The translations under genes were made by a program, and so were the position numbers. Shown one piece after another: positions 1 to 8,894 of a DNA stretch of 64,000 nt (positions are counted from its first letter, which is position 1; each line of letters starts with the position of its first letter). Source of the DNA: Candidatus Woesearchaeota archaeon (GTDB lineage Archaea > Nanobdellota > Nanobdellia > SCGC-AAA011-G17 > UBA489); the NCBI GenBank assembly GCA_964622835.1, contig CAZUSA010000001.1:223468-287467 (forward strand), written 5' to 3'. Below the pieces are notes generated by a model, which worked only from the letters and a program-made list of their open reading frames with translations, was not told the origin of the DNA and made no database searches.

Positions 1-2
1 CA

Positions 3-341
3 GGTCCAACAAATCCCGTATTAGCTGATTTAATCACTGCATTAAAGACGGTAAGTATTGAAAAGAAAGTACCCTTATGGAAGCGTGTAGCGACAGAGTT
101 AGAAAAGCCTTCAAGAAAACGTCGTAAAGTGAATACATATCATATTCAAGAGTGTGCTAAAGATGGTGAGATTATTTTAGTTCCTGGAAAGGTCTTAGCA
201 ACAGGTGACATCACAAAGAAAGTAACCGTTGCAGCATGGGATTTTTCAGAAGAAGCATCAAAGAAAATTAAAGAAACGATGTCTATTGAAACCTTATTAA
301 AAGAAAATCCACAAGGAAAGAATGTGAGGATTATAGGATGA
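3..341 (+). CDS. rpl18e: 50S ribosomal protein L18e (eL18), 5'-truncated by window edge
   Basis: Translation from window start ...PVLADLITALKTVSIEKKVPLWKRVATELEKPSRKRRKVN...ILVPGKVLATGDITKKVTVAAWDFSEEASKKI matches the archaeal L18e family pattern; first gene of the canonical L18e-L13-S9-RpoN operon. Confidence 0.8.
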   Translation, partial: GPTNPVLADLITALKTVSIEKKVPLWKRVATELEKPSRKRRKVNTYHIQECAKDGEIILVPGKVLATGDITKKVTVAAWDFSEEASKKIKETMSIETLLKENPQGKNVRIIG

Positions 342-757
342 TTATTAACGGTAAACATTTAATTGCAGGTCGTTTAGCAAGTTTCGCAGCGAAGCAAGCG
401 TTGCTTGGTGAAGAAGTTATTATTTACAATAGTGAACACGTGATGATGACAGGTGGCAAAGCAAATGTTACGAAGCATCAGGAAGAACGTCAAGCACGTG
501 GTCATCCATACAAAGGTCCGTTTGTTCCAAAGACAGAGGATCGTTTACTTAAGCGTATGATTCGTGGTATGGTTCCTCATAAACAAGAAAGGGGAAGAAC
601 TGCATTAGCAAAAGTTAGATGTTACCGTGGTGTTCCTGATACGATTACTGAAGATAAAACAACGGAAGTTAAGGGTGCACACATTACAAAGACCCAAACG
701 CTTAAATATATTACACTAGGAGAGCTGTGCAGACGTACAGGGAGAAAAGGACAATGA
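338..757 (+). CDS. rpl13: 50S ribosomal protein L13 (uL13)
   Basis: 139 aa; N-terminus MIINGKHLIAGRLASFAAKQALLGEEVIIYNSEHVMMTG is typical of archaeal L13; 4-nt overlap with upstream L18e. Confidence 0.85.
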   Translation: MIINGKHLIAGRLASFAAKQALLGEEVIIYNSEHVMMTGGKANVTKHQEERQARGHPYKGPFVPKTEDRLLKRMIRGMVPHKQERGRTALAKVRCYRGVPDTITEDKTTEVKGAHITKTQTLKYITLGELCRRTGRKGQ

Positions 758-1161
758 GCGCTAAGATTATTACTGTTTCTGGAACGAGAAAACGTGCTGT
801 TGCACGAGCTACTGTTCGTGAAGGTAAAGGTAATGTTAGAGTAAATAAATGTCCGTTAGCTGTTATTGAACCTGAATTATTTCGTTTACGATTACAAGAG
901 CCGTTAGAGATTGCTGGTGAAGTTGCTGCAAAGGTTGATGTAGATATCAAAGTGCATGGTGGCGGTTCCCAAGGACAAATTGAGGCTGTTCGTTTAGTGT
1001 TAGCAAAGGCATTATATCAATTTGCTAATAAGAATCTTCAAGTACGTAAGGACTTGTTAGAGTATGATCGTCATTTATTGATTGCAGATGTTCGTCGTAA
1101 CGAGCCGCATAAACCAAATGATTCGAAACCAAGAGCAAAGAGGCAAAAGTCCTATCGTTAG
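754..1161 (+). CDS. rps9: 30S ribosomal protein S9 (uS9)
   Basis: Start at internal MSAKIITVSGTRKRAVARA overlapping the L13 stop (ATGA); C-terminal RRNEPHKPNDSKPRAKRQKSYR is an S9 signature; the ORF-track N-terminal extension is rejected. Confidence 0.85.
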   Translation: MSAKIITVSGTRKRAVARATVREGKGNVRVNKCPLAVIEPELFRLRLQEPLEIAGEVAAKVDVDIKVHGGGSQGQIEAVRLVLAKALYQFANKNLQVRKDLLEYDRHLLIADVRRNEPHKPNDSKPRAKRQKSYR

Positions 1162-1173
1162 GATTATTATACA

Positions 1174-1371
1174 ATGATTATTCCAGTAAGATGTTTTTCG
1201 TGCGGAAAACCCGTGAGTGCTGTATGGGAAGAGTACAAGCAACGTGTTGAGAAGGGCGAAGAAAAAACAAAAGTTATGAAAGAGTTGGGTATTGAGCGGT
1301 ACTGTTGTAAGGCTTTATTCTTAGGTCATGCTGAACTTATTGATACGGTTGCGACATTTAAGAAGTCGTAA
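1174..1371 (+). CDS. rpoN: DNA-directed RNA polymerase subunit N (Rpo10)
   Basis: 65 aa MIIPVRCFSCGKPVSAVWEEY with a zinc-binding CxxC...CC motif; conserved position after rps9. Confidence 0.85.
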   Translation: MIIPVRCFSCGKPVSAVWEEYKQRVEKGEEKTKVMKELGIERYCCKALFLGHAELIDTVATFKKS

Positions 1372-1418
1372 GTGTGTTATACAAATCTTTTTAAGAGTTT
1401 TAGTCTATAGTCAGTTCT

Positions 1419-1889
1419 ATGAGAGATGATGTATGGTTAACAGAACGGTTCGATCAGATGTGGTCATTGTTTTTTCCTGATGTTGAGAAGAAGGATATTC
1501 ATATTCGGTGGAAGGGCCGTTGGAAAAACAAGTTTGGTCATATTACGAGAAGAAATAATCAAACGGAAATTGCTATTAATACATTGTTTCAAGATTTACG
1601 CGTTCCCGAAGATGTGATTAAAGTAACCATCGCTCATGAGATTGCCCATTATGCTCATGGCTTCCATTCTCATTTACCACAATTACACAAGCATCCACAT
1701 AAAGGCGGTGTCGTTGAAAATGAGTTGAAGAAGCGTGGTTTTTCATATATGTTAAAGAAAGAAAAGGCATGGCAGAAAGAAAATTGGTTCCCATTGTTCA
1801 AGGAGTTAATGCCACATAAATCTCAACCACCTATACGAACACAGATTATTCATCAACCGAAGAAGAAAGGGTTGTTACGTTTTTTTTAA
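1419..1889 (+). CDS. DUF45/YgjP-family zinc metallohydrolase
   Basis: RWKNKFGHI...VTIAHEIAHYAHGFHSH reproduces the DUF45 spacing (WGSC-like block followed by HExxHxxHxxH). Confidence 0.5.
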   Translation: MRDDVWLTERFDQMWSLFFPDVEKKDIHIRWKGRWKNKFGHITRRNNQTEIAINTLFQDLRVPEDVIKVTIAHEIAHYAHGFHSHLPQLHKHPHKGGVVENELKKRGFSYMLKKEKAWQKENWFPLFKELMPHKSQPPIRTQIIHQPKKKGLLRFF

Positions 1890-2191
1890 CGTGGTTGTAA
1901 CACTAATCGCCGATGATGTCCACAGTTAAAACAAGAGACAATAAGTTTTCCTTGCCGTGTGCGTATGGTTGCATTGTTTCCAGACCGTAAGTAGTGTTTA
2001 CAGGTTCTACAATAGCTTCTCCTATATTCCTGTGGGAAGCGTATGCCTGCTTTTGCGGCGAGACGAAGAGCCATTTGCACGTATCGGTGACTGCGTTCTG
2101 GTGTTCTCGTAAACGCTGTAGATGCTTGTTCAAACAACGTTACAATACGTTCTCGAGCTACCTGTTGTATATCGGTCTTCGATCGGGCCAT
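1886..2191 (-). CDS. rnp4: RNase P protein component 4 (Rpp21/Rnp4)
   Basis: 101 aa; IAKERI-like N-terminal helix, RYVQMALRLAAKAGIRFP, zinc ribbon CRTCKHYL...CFNCGH. Confidence 0.7.
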   Translation of the reverse strand: MARSKTDIQQVARERIVTLFEQASTAFTRTPERSHRYVQMALRLAAKAGIRFPQEYRRSYCRTCKHYLRSGNNATIRTRQGKLIVSCFNCGHHRRLVLQPR

Positions 2192-2224
2192 AAATTACCA
2201 TGAATCTAGGGTTATTTATAACCT

Positions 2225-3037
2225 TTGGACGAAAAGATTATAAACCACTTTTTGGAGCATCTTTCTATGAAAAAAAAGAATCAAGTGACAATATCTATTA
2301 TTGTATTATTGGCCTTAATCCTTGGTGTGGTCTCCTATCAATATCGTGATTATACGTTTGAACGAGGGTTTTTTGAGATTACAGAATTAGATAAAGTGCA
2401 TGGAGGTGATCTGAAGAAGGAAAGAGTTCCTGGCCAGATGGTTCCTTTAGAAAATATTGATGCTTACACTACAGCATTGACAAAACTACGCGATGATGTT
2501 GTGAAAGACAAAGATGAATCTTTATTATCAGAGGAAGAAAAAGCGTTACTCTTATTTATTGATGGAAGAACATTAATGTTATTATCTGAAAAGAATTATT
2601 TGTTAGGAAGTGCAAGTGGTCCAAAGGGTGTTGCTGCTGATGCAGATGGGTTTGCTTGTTCTGAAACGGGATATTTAATTAATACGGGATATTATTATAA
2701 TGCAAGTTGGAGTTCTGGTTTAGAAGCAATTGAACGTTTAGAAACCGTGCTTGATAAACATCGTAACATACCTCACGTTTGGGATTTATTAGGTGTTGAT
2801 GATAATAAAATGGCATTCTTTAGGTCATTTTTGGGTGAATTAACAACTATCAGAGAGCAAAATTTATTAGCATTGACTGAGTTTTGCTTTGTTGATATGT
2901 CTGGTGGTTTCAAGGGTGTTGTTAACCCTCAAGAGTATACCACAATTACGTCTGATCCTGCAGAGATTATAGCTAATCTACAAGATAAAGGCTTAAATGT
3001 CTCGTATGGTGCTGAAGAGGGTTTGGAGGTTTGGTGA
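2225..3037 (+). CDS. hypothetical membrane-anchored protein (single N-terminal TM)
   Basis: 270-aa ORF with hydrophobic segment VTISIIVLLALILGVVSY; no recognisable domain; the start may instead be the internal MKKKNQ. Confidence 0.45.
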   Translation: MDEKIINHFLEHLSMKKKNQVTISIIVLLALILGVVSYQYRDYTFERGFFEITELDKVHGGDLKKERVPGQMVPLENIDAYTTALTKLRDDVVKDKDESLLSEEEKALLLFIDGRTLMLLSEKNYLLGSASGPKGVAADADGFACSETGYLINTGYYYNASWSSGLEAIERLETVLDKHRNIPHVWDLLGVDDNKMAFFRSFLGELTTIREQNLLALTEFCFVDMSGGFKGVVNPQEYTTITSDPAEIIANLQDKGLNVSYGAEEGLEVW

Positions 3038-3038
3038 T

Positions 3039-3242
3039 ATGAATATGAAATACAAAGATGAAAAAGGGAATACGTTATATGGGTTCTCACAGGAGAATTT
3101 AGAGAAGACAAATCGAGAAATTCGTAAGACAAATACATTGATGTTGATTTTGATCATCTTCCTCGCTGTAACCCTTGGATTAATGGTGTCCTTTGGTATC
3201 TGGCTTGATGCTCATGACATCTTTACGCGGCTTATTGGCTAA
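3039..3242 (+). CDS. small hypothetical TM protein
   Basis: ATG immediately after the upstream stop; C-terminal TM LMLILIIFLAVTLGLMVSFGIWL. Confidence 0.35.
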   Translation: MNMKYKDEKGNTLYGFSQENLEKTNREIRKTNTLMLILIIFLAVTLGLMVSFGIWLDAHDIFTRLIG

Positions 3243-3276
3243 ACAGAAGTTTTTTAAAGCCATATAATGCCGATCT

Positions 3277-3395
3277 TGTCGGACGACCATAGCGACTTGG
3301 TTCCACCTGTTCCCATTCCGAACACAGCAGTTAAGCAAGTCCGCGTTCCAGACGGTACTGTACTTTGTTACGGGAACTCTGGTTCGTTGTCCTCT
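3277..3395 (+). rRNA. rrf: 5S ribosomal RNA
   Basis: Contains CCATAGCG, then CCACCTGTTCCCATTCCGAACACAGCAGTTAAGC (loop B/C consensus), CGCG..GACGGTACTG and GGGAACTCTGG. The ends GGACGACC and GGTTCGTTGTCC can form helix I. Manual alignment to the 5S consensus is good. The ORF-track protein 3267..3716 overlaps this RNA and is largely spurious at its 5' end. Confidence 0.8.
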
Positions 3396-3408
3396 TTTTC
3401 ACTAATTA

Positions 3409-3716
3409 CTATGCTAGGAACGACCATTGAACAATATGTTGAATACAAGAGTAATACTAGTTTTACTTCTGTTACATGGAATAGAGGTAGTGTTACTATG
3501 AAGGGTTACGAATGCGGTTTAACAGCCTATGTAACAAAAAAATATGATAAAGAGCATGGTCTTTTTGTTTTTGATGTTGGTGACACACGATATTTAAAAG
3601 AAGGAAGAAGAAGAAAAACTATGAAAGGAATATTACATGAGATGTTAGGAATGCCTGAAGAAGATCTCAAAGCGATGACATTATGTTCATTACGTGCAAG
3701 ACCTTCAATTGTTTAA
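3409..3716 (+). CDS. possible small hypothetical protein downstream of 5S rRNA
   Basis: Internal Met (MLGTTIEQYVEY...) of ORF 3267..3716 after the 5S gene; no homology recognised. Confidence 0.2.
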
Positions 3717-3721
3717 CTCTC

Positions 3722-4060
3722 TTAAATCATCTTTAGTTCGCCAGTAACAACGTCTATTTTTCCTTCATCTGCTGGCCCTATAGCACAGCATGTTGTTGTT
3801 TGGGTATCAAAGAATGTTTTTCCTGCATCGGTAATAAGACCGGTAATAAGTTTGTGTGATCGTGCTTTCTTAAGATAATACATGAGGTCTTCTTTGTCAA
3901 TAACTTTTAAGACGACTTTTTTCATGCCTGTTCTACGCCACGCGTTAACATTGGGTGTAGAAGATTTCAACACAGCTTCTACACTTGCATGGGCTACTTG
4001 AACAGCTAGTTTTCCTTTAGACATCTTAAGGTCTGATCGTACGAGGATAACTTGTTTCAT
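3722..4060 (-). CDS. pth2: peptidyl-tRNA hydrolase, archaeal type (Pth2)
   Basis: 112 aa MKQVILVRSDLKMSKGKLAVQVAHASVEAV... is the characteristic PTH2 family N-terminus. Confidence 0.85.
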   Translation of the reverse strand: MKQVILVRSDLKMSKGKLAVQVAHASVEAVLKSSTPNVNAWRRTGMKKVVLKVIDKEDLMYYLKKARSHKLITGLITDAGKTFFDTQTTTCCAIGPADEGKIDVVTGELKMI

Positions 4061-4446
4061 GGGAATCTCACTAAACGTTTTAATTTAAGAGCAATGTGTT
4101 TTCCGAAGCCTCGTTTTGCTTTTTTTGGATGGAATTTTTGTTGTGGTTGTCCTTCTTGATGTAATGCATGTTCTACTGCTGTGGTAAGTTTTTTCATGAC
4201 TTTATGAACTGTCCGTTGTAAGTCCCAATCTTCTGCTTCAACACGCAATGATGTTTTTCCATGACGTAAATGAACCGTAAAGGTATTACGTGAACGCCCA
4301 CCAACGTCAGATAATTTACCGTGAAACCGCAAGGTTGCTCCAGGTACTGAACGATCTAATTTTTTCATGTACCGAAGAACTAATGCTTTAACAATAGTTG
4401 TTTCTTGTTTAGTGAGTTGTTTTAATCCAGAATAGGTTACTTTCAT
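4057..4446 (-). CDS. ribosome hibernation factor-like protein (RaiA/HPF, S30AE-like fold)
   Basis: By manual comparison to E. coli HPF: TFTVHLRHGKTSLRVEAEDWDLQRTVHKVMKKLTTAVEHAL parallels SDATLHVNGGEIHASAEGQDMYAAIDGLIDKLARQLTKH; 4-nt overlap with pth2. Confidence 0.4.
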   Translation of the reverse strand: MKVTYSGLKQLTKQETTIVKALVLRYMKKLDRSVPGATLRFHGKLSDVGGRSRNTFTVHLRHGKTSLRVEAEDWDLQRTVHKVMKKLTTAVEHALHQEGQPQQKFHPKKAKRGFGKHIALKLKRLVRFP

Positions 4447-4490
4447 AGTATCACCGAAAGAACAAAAAGCAAAGAAGTTTTTATAGGTAT

Positions 4491-5006
4491 CTATTGTGTT
4501 GTAAAGTATTCTTCAATTATTTTTCTGTGTTCAAAACCTATTTTAAGATCGGTCAATTCTGGTAGGGAATACCATTGGATATCTAGAATTTCTTCTACAT
4601 CTACTTTTTTGAGTGTTGGTTCACCGGTAAAGGGACCATGAAAGATGGAGACATGAGCATAGTAGTCTAAGTGTTCAAAGGATTCTTCGTAACTACCAAA
4701 ATAGGTTGGCGTAAAGGTAATACCTGTTTCTTCTGTGACTTCTCGTATGATCGCTGCAGTATCTTGTTCACCTTCGTTAATATGTCCACCTGGAAGGGTC
4801 CATGTTTCTCTGAAGGGCTGATGACCTCGTTTAACAAGAAGAATTTTATTATCTTTAAGCAGTAAGGCACCCACGGTTCGTTGCCAGTTTTTTTCATCTG
4901 CAGGTTCTTTTTCGGCATATTGTTTGCGAAGGTTTTGAAGAGCGTCAGTAAATTCTGATTCTTTTTCGTCGATGTGGCTTGTGTCAATCATTTGAAGTAC
5001 CATCAA
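4491..5006 (-). CDS. NUDIX hydrolase
   Basis: Nudix box GGHINEGEQDTAAIIREVTEETGI (Gx5Ex7REUxEExGU). Confidence 0.8.
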   Translation of the reverse strand: MMVLQMIDTSHIDEKESEFTDALQNLRKQYAEKEPADEKNWQRTVGALLLKDNKILLVKRGHQPFRETWTLPGGHINEGEQDTAAIIREVTEETGITFTPTYFGSYEESFEHLDYYAHVSIFHGPFTGEPTLKKVDVEEILDIQWYSLPELTDLKIGFEHRKIIEEYFTTQ

Positions 5007-5029
5007 ATTCTCCTATTAAAAGGTATTGT

Positions 5030-5869
5030 CTAGTGTAAATGGAGCTCAACAACGTCATCGTCTGCTAATGTGTGGTCTAACCCAACGGTTTGCCATAAAA
5101 ATTTTGCACTGGTTCCTTTGATACGTGCGTATTTGAAGCTTTTTAAGAAGTCTTTATGTACTTTTTTTGCAACGTCACGAACAGTTGTTCCTTTAGGAAA
5201 TGAAATGGGTGGTAAGTCACGTTCTCTTCCGGGTTGTTTTGTACATACTTTAATTAATGGTAATCGTTTCCAGACTTTTTTTGCAAAAACTTTTTTTGTT
5301 TCATTATTGTAAATGATACGTTTTGTTGTTATATCTGTTAGTTCTTTGTCAAGTAATGTTTTTTCTTTAGGTGTGTTAAAAAGTAAGATGAGTAAATCTG
5401 CATGTTCCATAATACTCAGGTATGTTGGCCCCATAGCACTATCTTCGAATTGTTCAACGATGGCGGGTATTTCGACGAGTTGAAGTTTAACACCTTCATG
5501 GTCAAGCGTACCAATTTCTGGATGTTTTGTTGTAAACTCATAGGCTGCAATGGCAACATTGGCACCGGTAAGTGCGTGAAGTAACGTGCTTTTCCCTGTG
5601 TTTGTTGTTCCAACGATGCAAATTTGTGCGGCACCTTCTCGTTTAATGGTTGGAGAATATCCACTGCCTTTGGGTCTTTTTTGTTTGTCAATGGATTTCT
5701 TTAATTTTGCAATGCGTTCTTTAATGGATGCAAGTAAATTACCACTAGATTTATGTTTTGGTGCTGTTCGCAGCATGCGTTGGAGTTTCTTAAGTTTGTC
5801 TTCAGGAGTATCTGCAGCTCTATATTCTTCTTCTGCTCGTTGAAATTCAAATCCAGGATTAGTAGCCAT
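5030..5869 (-). CDS. DRG/Obg-family GTPase-like protein with C-terminal TGS domain (short G domain)
   Basis: Walker A GTTNTGKSTLLHALTG and a DRG-like N-terminal coiled segment; C-terminal TGS-like TVRDVAKKVHKDFLKSFKYARIKG; only 279 aa against roughly 365 for canonical DRG. Confidence 0.5.
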   Translation of the reverse strand: MATNPGFEFQRAEEEYRAADTPEDKLKKLQRMLRTAPKHKSSGNLLASIKERIAKLKKSIDKQKRPKGSGYSPTIKREGAAQICIVGTTNTGKSTLLHALTGANVAIAAYEFTTKHPEIGTLDHEGVKLQLVEIPAIVEQFEDSAMGPTYLSIMEHADLLILLFNTPKEKTLLDKELTDITTKRIIYNNETKKVFAKKVWKRLPLIKVCTKQPGRERDLPPISFPKGTTVRDVAKKVHKDFLKSFKYARIKGTSAKFLWQTVGLDHTLADDDVVELHLH

Positions 5870-5902
5870 AGATAATAAAAAAAGAAAAGGGGTTTAAAAA
5901 GT

Positions 5903-7291
5903 TTAGTAGAAGGGACCTTTTTCTTTCTTTTGCATGCCCCATGCTGCGTCATTTTCTTTATTGCTACCAAGATCACGTGGTGTAAACCGAACAGATCCGG
6001 GTCCTTCTTCATCTTTGTGTGAGAATTTGTGAAGGATAAACATGAGGATAACTGCTATGACAACGAGTATTAAGAGCGTCCACAACCAAGTCATACTCCC
6101 TGTTTTTTCTTCTGGTGGTGCAACCACAGGTGTATCATCAACGGGTGCAATAATATCTTCTACAACCACAGCGGAGGGTGTTGCTATTGCTTTGATAAGT
6201 AAGTCTGCTGCTTTCGTATGAATCTTATGGAGATAAATTTCTAGGTCATCTATACCATCCGCATCAACATCAACGTTAACAGTTTCATTAACACCTACAG
6301 CAAGAGTAAATGGTTCACTTGCTATCTCTAGTGTAATACCTTCATCGTCAAGTTCAATTACTTTGATGGTGTGTGATTCACCATTAACCATGAGAGAAAC
6401 TGCACCAAGTTTTTTGATGAGTCGTGCAATACCTTGATCAGGTAATTCACCGTATTTACCACCATAGTCTTCTATTGTCCCTTTACCAATAACTTTGTTT
6501 GCTATAGGTGCTTCAAAGGTAGGATCTGCAAAAGGTGATAGAGATTTAATAACAACACTAGTGAGTGTAAGATTAAAGAATGAAGTATTCAGTTGTTGCG
6601 CAAAGTCAAAGACAGTACATCGAATTTCTAGGATACCAATTTTTTCAAGGCCGTTGCCATCAATAGTTGCTTTAAGTTCTGTAGCTGAATTATCTGTAAG
6701 ACTAAGGTTTTCAAAGCTTGAAAGACCAGGATATCGAACAGCAATACTATTTCTTGTTGTGTTAAGTCCAGATGTGTCATCATTAGGATTACAGTTGATG
6801 AAAAGATCATTTCCATAGCCTAATTCTGCATCATCAGTGATATCTTGTTCAGCAATATCTTCTAACGTAACAGTTGAGTTAGGAACAGTGTTATCTAATT
6901 TAGGGTTATTTGCTTCATTAACACCCAGTGTTGTTGAATTTGTCGTACCATCAAAACCAACAACAGTAATATTAATATCAAAGTTTTTAGCATCCGTAAG
7001 AGCAGTACTATCAAAGGTAATATTCAAAGCTGTAACATTATCATCTTCTGAAACATTATGCGAAAAGAAAAATGTCCAAGACACACCATTATCTATACTA
7101 TAGTACCATGTTGTATTTGTTACATTTTCATTACCTGTACTAATATCTGACGCAGTTATATTAAGAAACTGCGCTCCACCAGTAAAAACAGTTGTATTAG
7201 TTGTAGGAGCTACAAATGTAAGTGAAACTTGTGCATGAACTACACTAGCGGTAAATAAAATAAACAATAGTACTAATAACGAACGCTGCAT
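5903..7291 (-). CDS. surface glycoprotein paralog A (signal peptide, N-sequon-rich ectodomain, C-terminal TM anchor)
   Basis: Signal MQRSLLVLLFILFTASVVHA|QVS (start chosen at the internal Met with GAGAGGTG upstream; the ORF track extends to 7324); more than 20 N-x-S/T sequons; C-terminal TM WLWTLLILVVIAVILMFIL plus a charged tail; N-terminal ~100 aa near-identical to the gene at 56310. Confidence 0.7.
   Translation of the reverse strand: MQRSLLVLLFILFTASVVHAQVSLTFVAPTTNTTVFTGGAQFLNITASDISTGNENVTNTTWYYSIDNGVSWTFFFSHNVSEDDNVTALNITFDSTALTDAKNFDINITVVGFDGTTNSTTLGVNEANNPKLDNTVPNSTVTLEDIAEQDITDDAELGYGNDLFINCNPNDDTSGLNTTRNSIAVRYPGLSSFENLSLTDNSATELKATIDGNGLEKIGILEIRCTVFDFAQQLNTSFFNLTLTSVVIKSLSPFADPTFEAPIANKVIGKGTIEDYGGKYGELPDQGIARLIKKLGAVSLMVNGESHTIKVIELDDEGITLEIASEPFTLAVGVNETVNVDVDADGIDDLEIYLHKIHTKAADLLIKAIATPSAVVVEDIIAPVDDTPVVAPPEEKTGSMTWLWTLLILVVIAVILMFILHKFSHKDEEGPGSVRFTPRDLGSNKENDAAWGMQKKEKGPFY
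6923..7171. repeat. about 250-bp segment, arm 1 of a long-range inverted repeat (inside surface glycoprotein paralog A)
   Basis: The reverse complement of 6923..7171 matches 56448..56696 at roughly 90-95% over manually checked stretches (for example cagtttcttaatataactgcgtcagatattagtacaggtaatgaaaa). Confidence 0.65.
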
Positions 7292-7428
7292 TATGCGCGG
7301 TACACACCTCTCTCGTATAACCATAACTGTACAATTACCAAAATTATTTATAAACCTTTTGGCTTATAAAAGAAGGATAAATTAAAGGCATAACCTTTAA
7401 GAATTGACGGAATGACTGAATCGTTAGC

Positions 7429-7512
7429 GTGGGAATGCCGGAGCGGTCAAACGGGGTAGCCTCAAAAGCTACTGGCTTAGTGCCTACCTAGGTTCGAGTC
7501 CTAGTTCCCACA
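7429..7512 (+). tRNA. tRNA-Leu (anticodon CAA)
   Basis: Manual fold: acceptor GTGGGAA/TTCCCAC, anticodon stem GTAGC/GCTAC with loop CTCAAAA, long variable arm, T-arm CTAGG-TTCGAGT-CCTAG, discriminator A. Confidence 0.8.
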
Positions 7513-7521
7513 TATTTCAAA

Positions 7522-8049
7522 ATGGATATCGGTTGGATTATTACATTAGTCATTGTAGGTATTTTTGTAGGGTATGCTATTGTTATTTTTGTTTTACCTC
7601 GTTTGTTTATTCCGTTTATGGGTTTTCGTAAGGAAAAAATTCCAAGAAAACTTCCAAGAAGAATACAACGTCGTATTCATTTATTGCGAAAGAGATCAAA
7701 AAACAAACAAGATTATTTGAAGAAGACATATAATTATTTGACACGCAGGTATCATGGTAAAAGAAATACAGTGTTAAAACGTCCAGGATTATGGTGGGAG
7801 AAAAACTTACAAACAATTTGGAGCCGTAAGGGGTTTTTACCATGTCATACATTTACTCATATGATGCGTATTTTTTTGGTGAAGAGTCGTATGTTTAAAG
7901 AAAAGGATGTTCGTGTGAATCACACATTTTATTGGTTTAATATTCATCAATATTTAGAGGTGCGTGTGAAAAAGAAGTGGCATAAAGTCGATGCGTGGGC
8001 GAAGGGTATTGGTATTAAGTTTGGAGATTATGGACGGTTGTTTAAGTGA
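7522..8049 (+). CDS. hypothetical basic protein with N-terminal TM
   Basis: TM IITLVIVGIFVGYAIVIFVL followed by a K/R-rich region; no domain recognised. Confidence 0.4.
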   Translation: MDIGWIITLVIVGIFVGYAIVIFVLPRLFIPFMGFRKEKIPRKLPRRIQRRIHLLRKRSKNKQDYLKKTYNYLTRRYHGKRNTVLKRPGLWWEKNLQTIWSRKGFLPCHTFTHMMRIFLVKSRMFKEKDVRVNHTFYWFNIHQYLEVRVKKKWHKVDAWAKGIGIKFGDYGRLFK

Positions 8050-8894
8050 TTACGTATGTTTTAGCTATTCTTGCTGGACTAGCAATTTATCAGGAATTTA
8101 ATTTATTTCTTATTCGAAAAAAGGTTCGTGGTCCTGTGAAGATGATGAAGGGGGCTAATTCGTTTTTTAAGAAAAGAGGAAAGAAAGCAGTATTACTCAT
8201 TCATGGTTTTACGAGCACGCCCCATGAGTTCAAAGAATTGGCAGCATATTTAGCGCGTAAGAATATTACGGTCTACGCACCACTCCTACCAGGCCACGGT
8301 ACGACTCCTGAACGATTAGCGGTGACGAAGTATTATCAGTGGATTGAGGCTGTTGATGAGGCATTAGCGATGTTAACGCAGGATTATAATGAGATTTATG
8401 TTATAGGTAATTCTTTTGGTGGTAATTTAGCGTTGCTTGCTGCAAATAAGTCTAAAAAAATTAAAGGTATTATAACATTAGGTGCTCCAATATTTTTCCG
8501 TAATGATAGAATAAATCGCTTTTTTGTAATACCCCTGTTAAAGCGCATTAAGATCTTCCAAAAGAAAAAGTATAGTAAGGATGCAGAACGTATTAATAGA
8601 ACAAGAAAAAGAATTCATTATTCTGCTATTCCGTTACGGTCGTTGACACATTTATTTAAAATTGTTTCATTGACAAAGAAGTATTTACCAAAGATTAAGA
8701 CACCTTTATTAATTATGGAAACTGATGATGATGAGATTATTAGTAATGAGAGTGGTTTATTTATCTTAGATCATGTCCGATCAAAGGATAAGCGTCTTGT
8801 TCGCATACCAAAGTCGTATCATGTGTTTATTCTTGATGTGTATGCAAAGCAAGCATTTAAGGAGATTGTGCACTTTATGGAGAAGAAACGATGA
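8046..8894 (+). CDS. alpha/beta-fold hydrolase (esterase/lipase family)
   Basis: AVLLIHGFTSTPHEF and the nucleophile elbow GNSFGG; 4-nt overlaps with both neighbours. Confidence 0.7.
   Translation: MITYVLAILAGLAIYQEFNLFLIRKKVRGPVKMMKGANSFFKKRGKKAVLLIHGFTSTPHEFKELAAYLARKNITVYAPLLPGHGTTPERLAVTKYYQWIEAVDEALAMLTQDYNEIYVIGNSFGGNLALLAANKSKKIKGIITLGAPIFFRNDRINRFFVIPLLKRIKIFQKKKYSKDAERINRTRKRIHYSAIPLRSLTHLFKIVSLTKKYLPKIKTPLLIMETDDDEIISNESGLFILDHVRSKDKRLVRIPKSYHVFILDVYAKQAFKEIVHFMEKKR

Noticed and set aside
727-753. N-terminal extension of S9 ORF (MQTYREKRT)
   Set aside because: It overlaps the L13 C-terminus. The conserved S9 start MSAKIITVSG overlaps the L13 stop in the typical ATGA coupling
1903-2203. 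Multiple small overlapping ORFs on both strands (for example 1903..2133, 1994..2203) and many similar antisense ORFs throughout the track
   Set aside because: These are shadow ORFs overlapping well-supported genes (rnp4, AglB, rSAMs and others). Their sequences are low-complexity and no independent support exists
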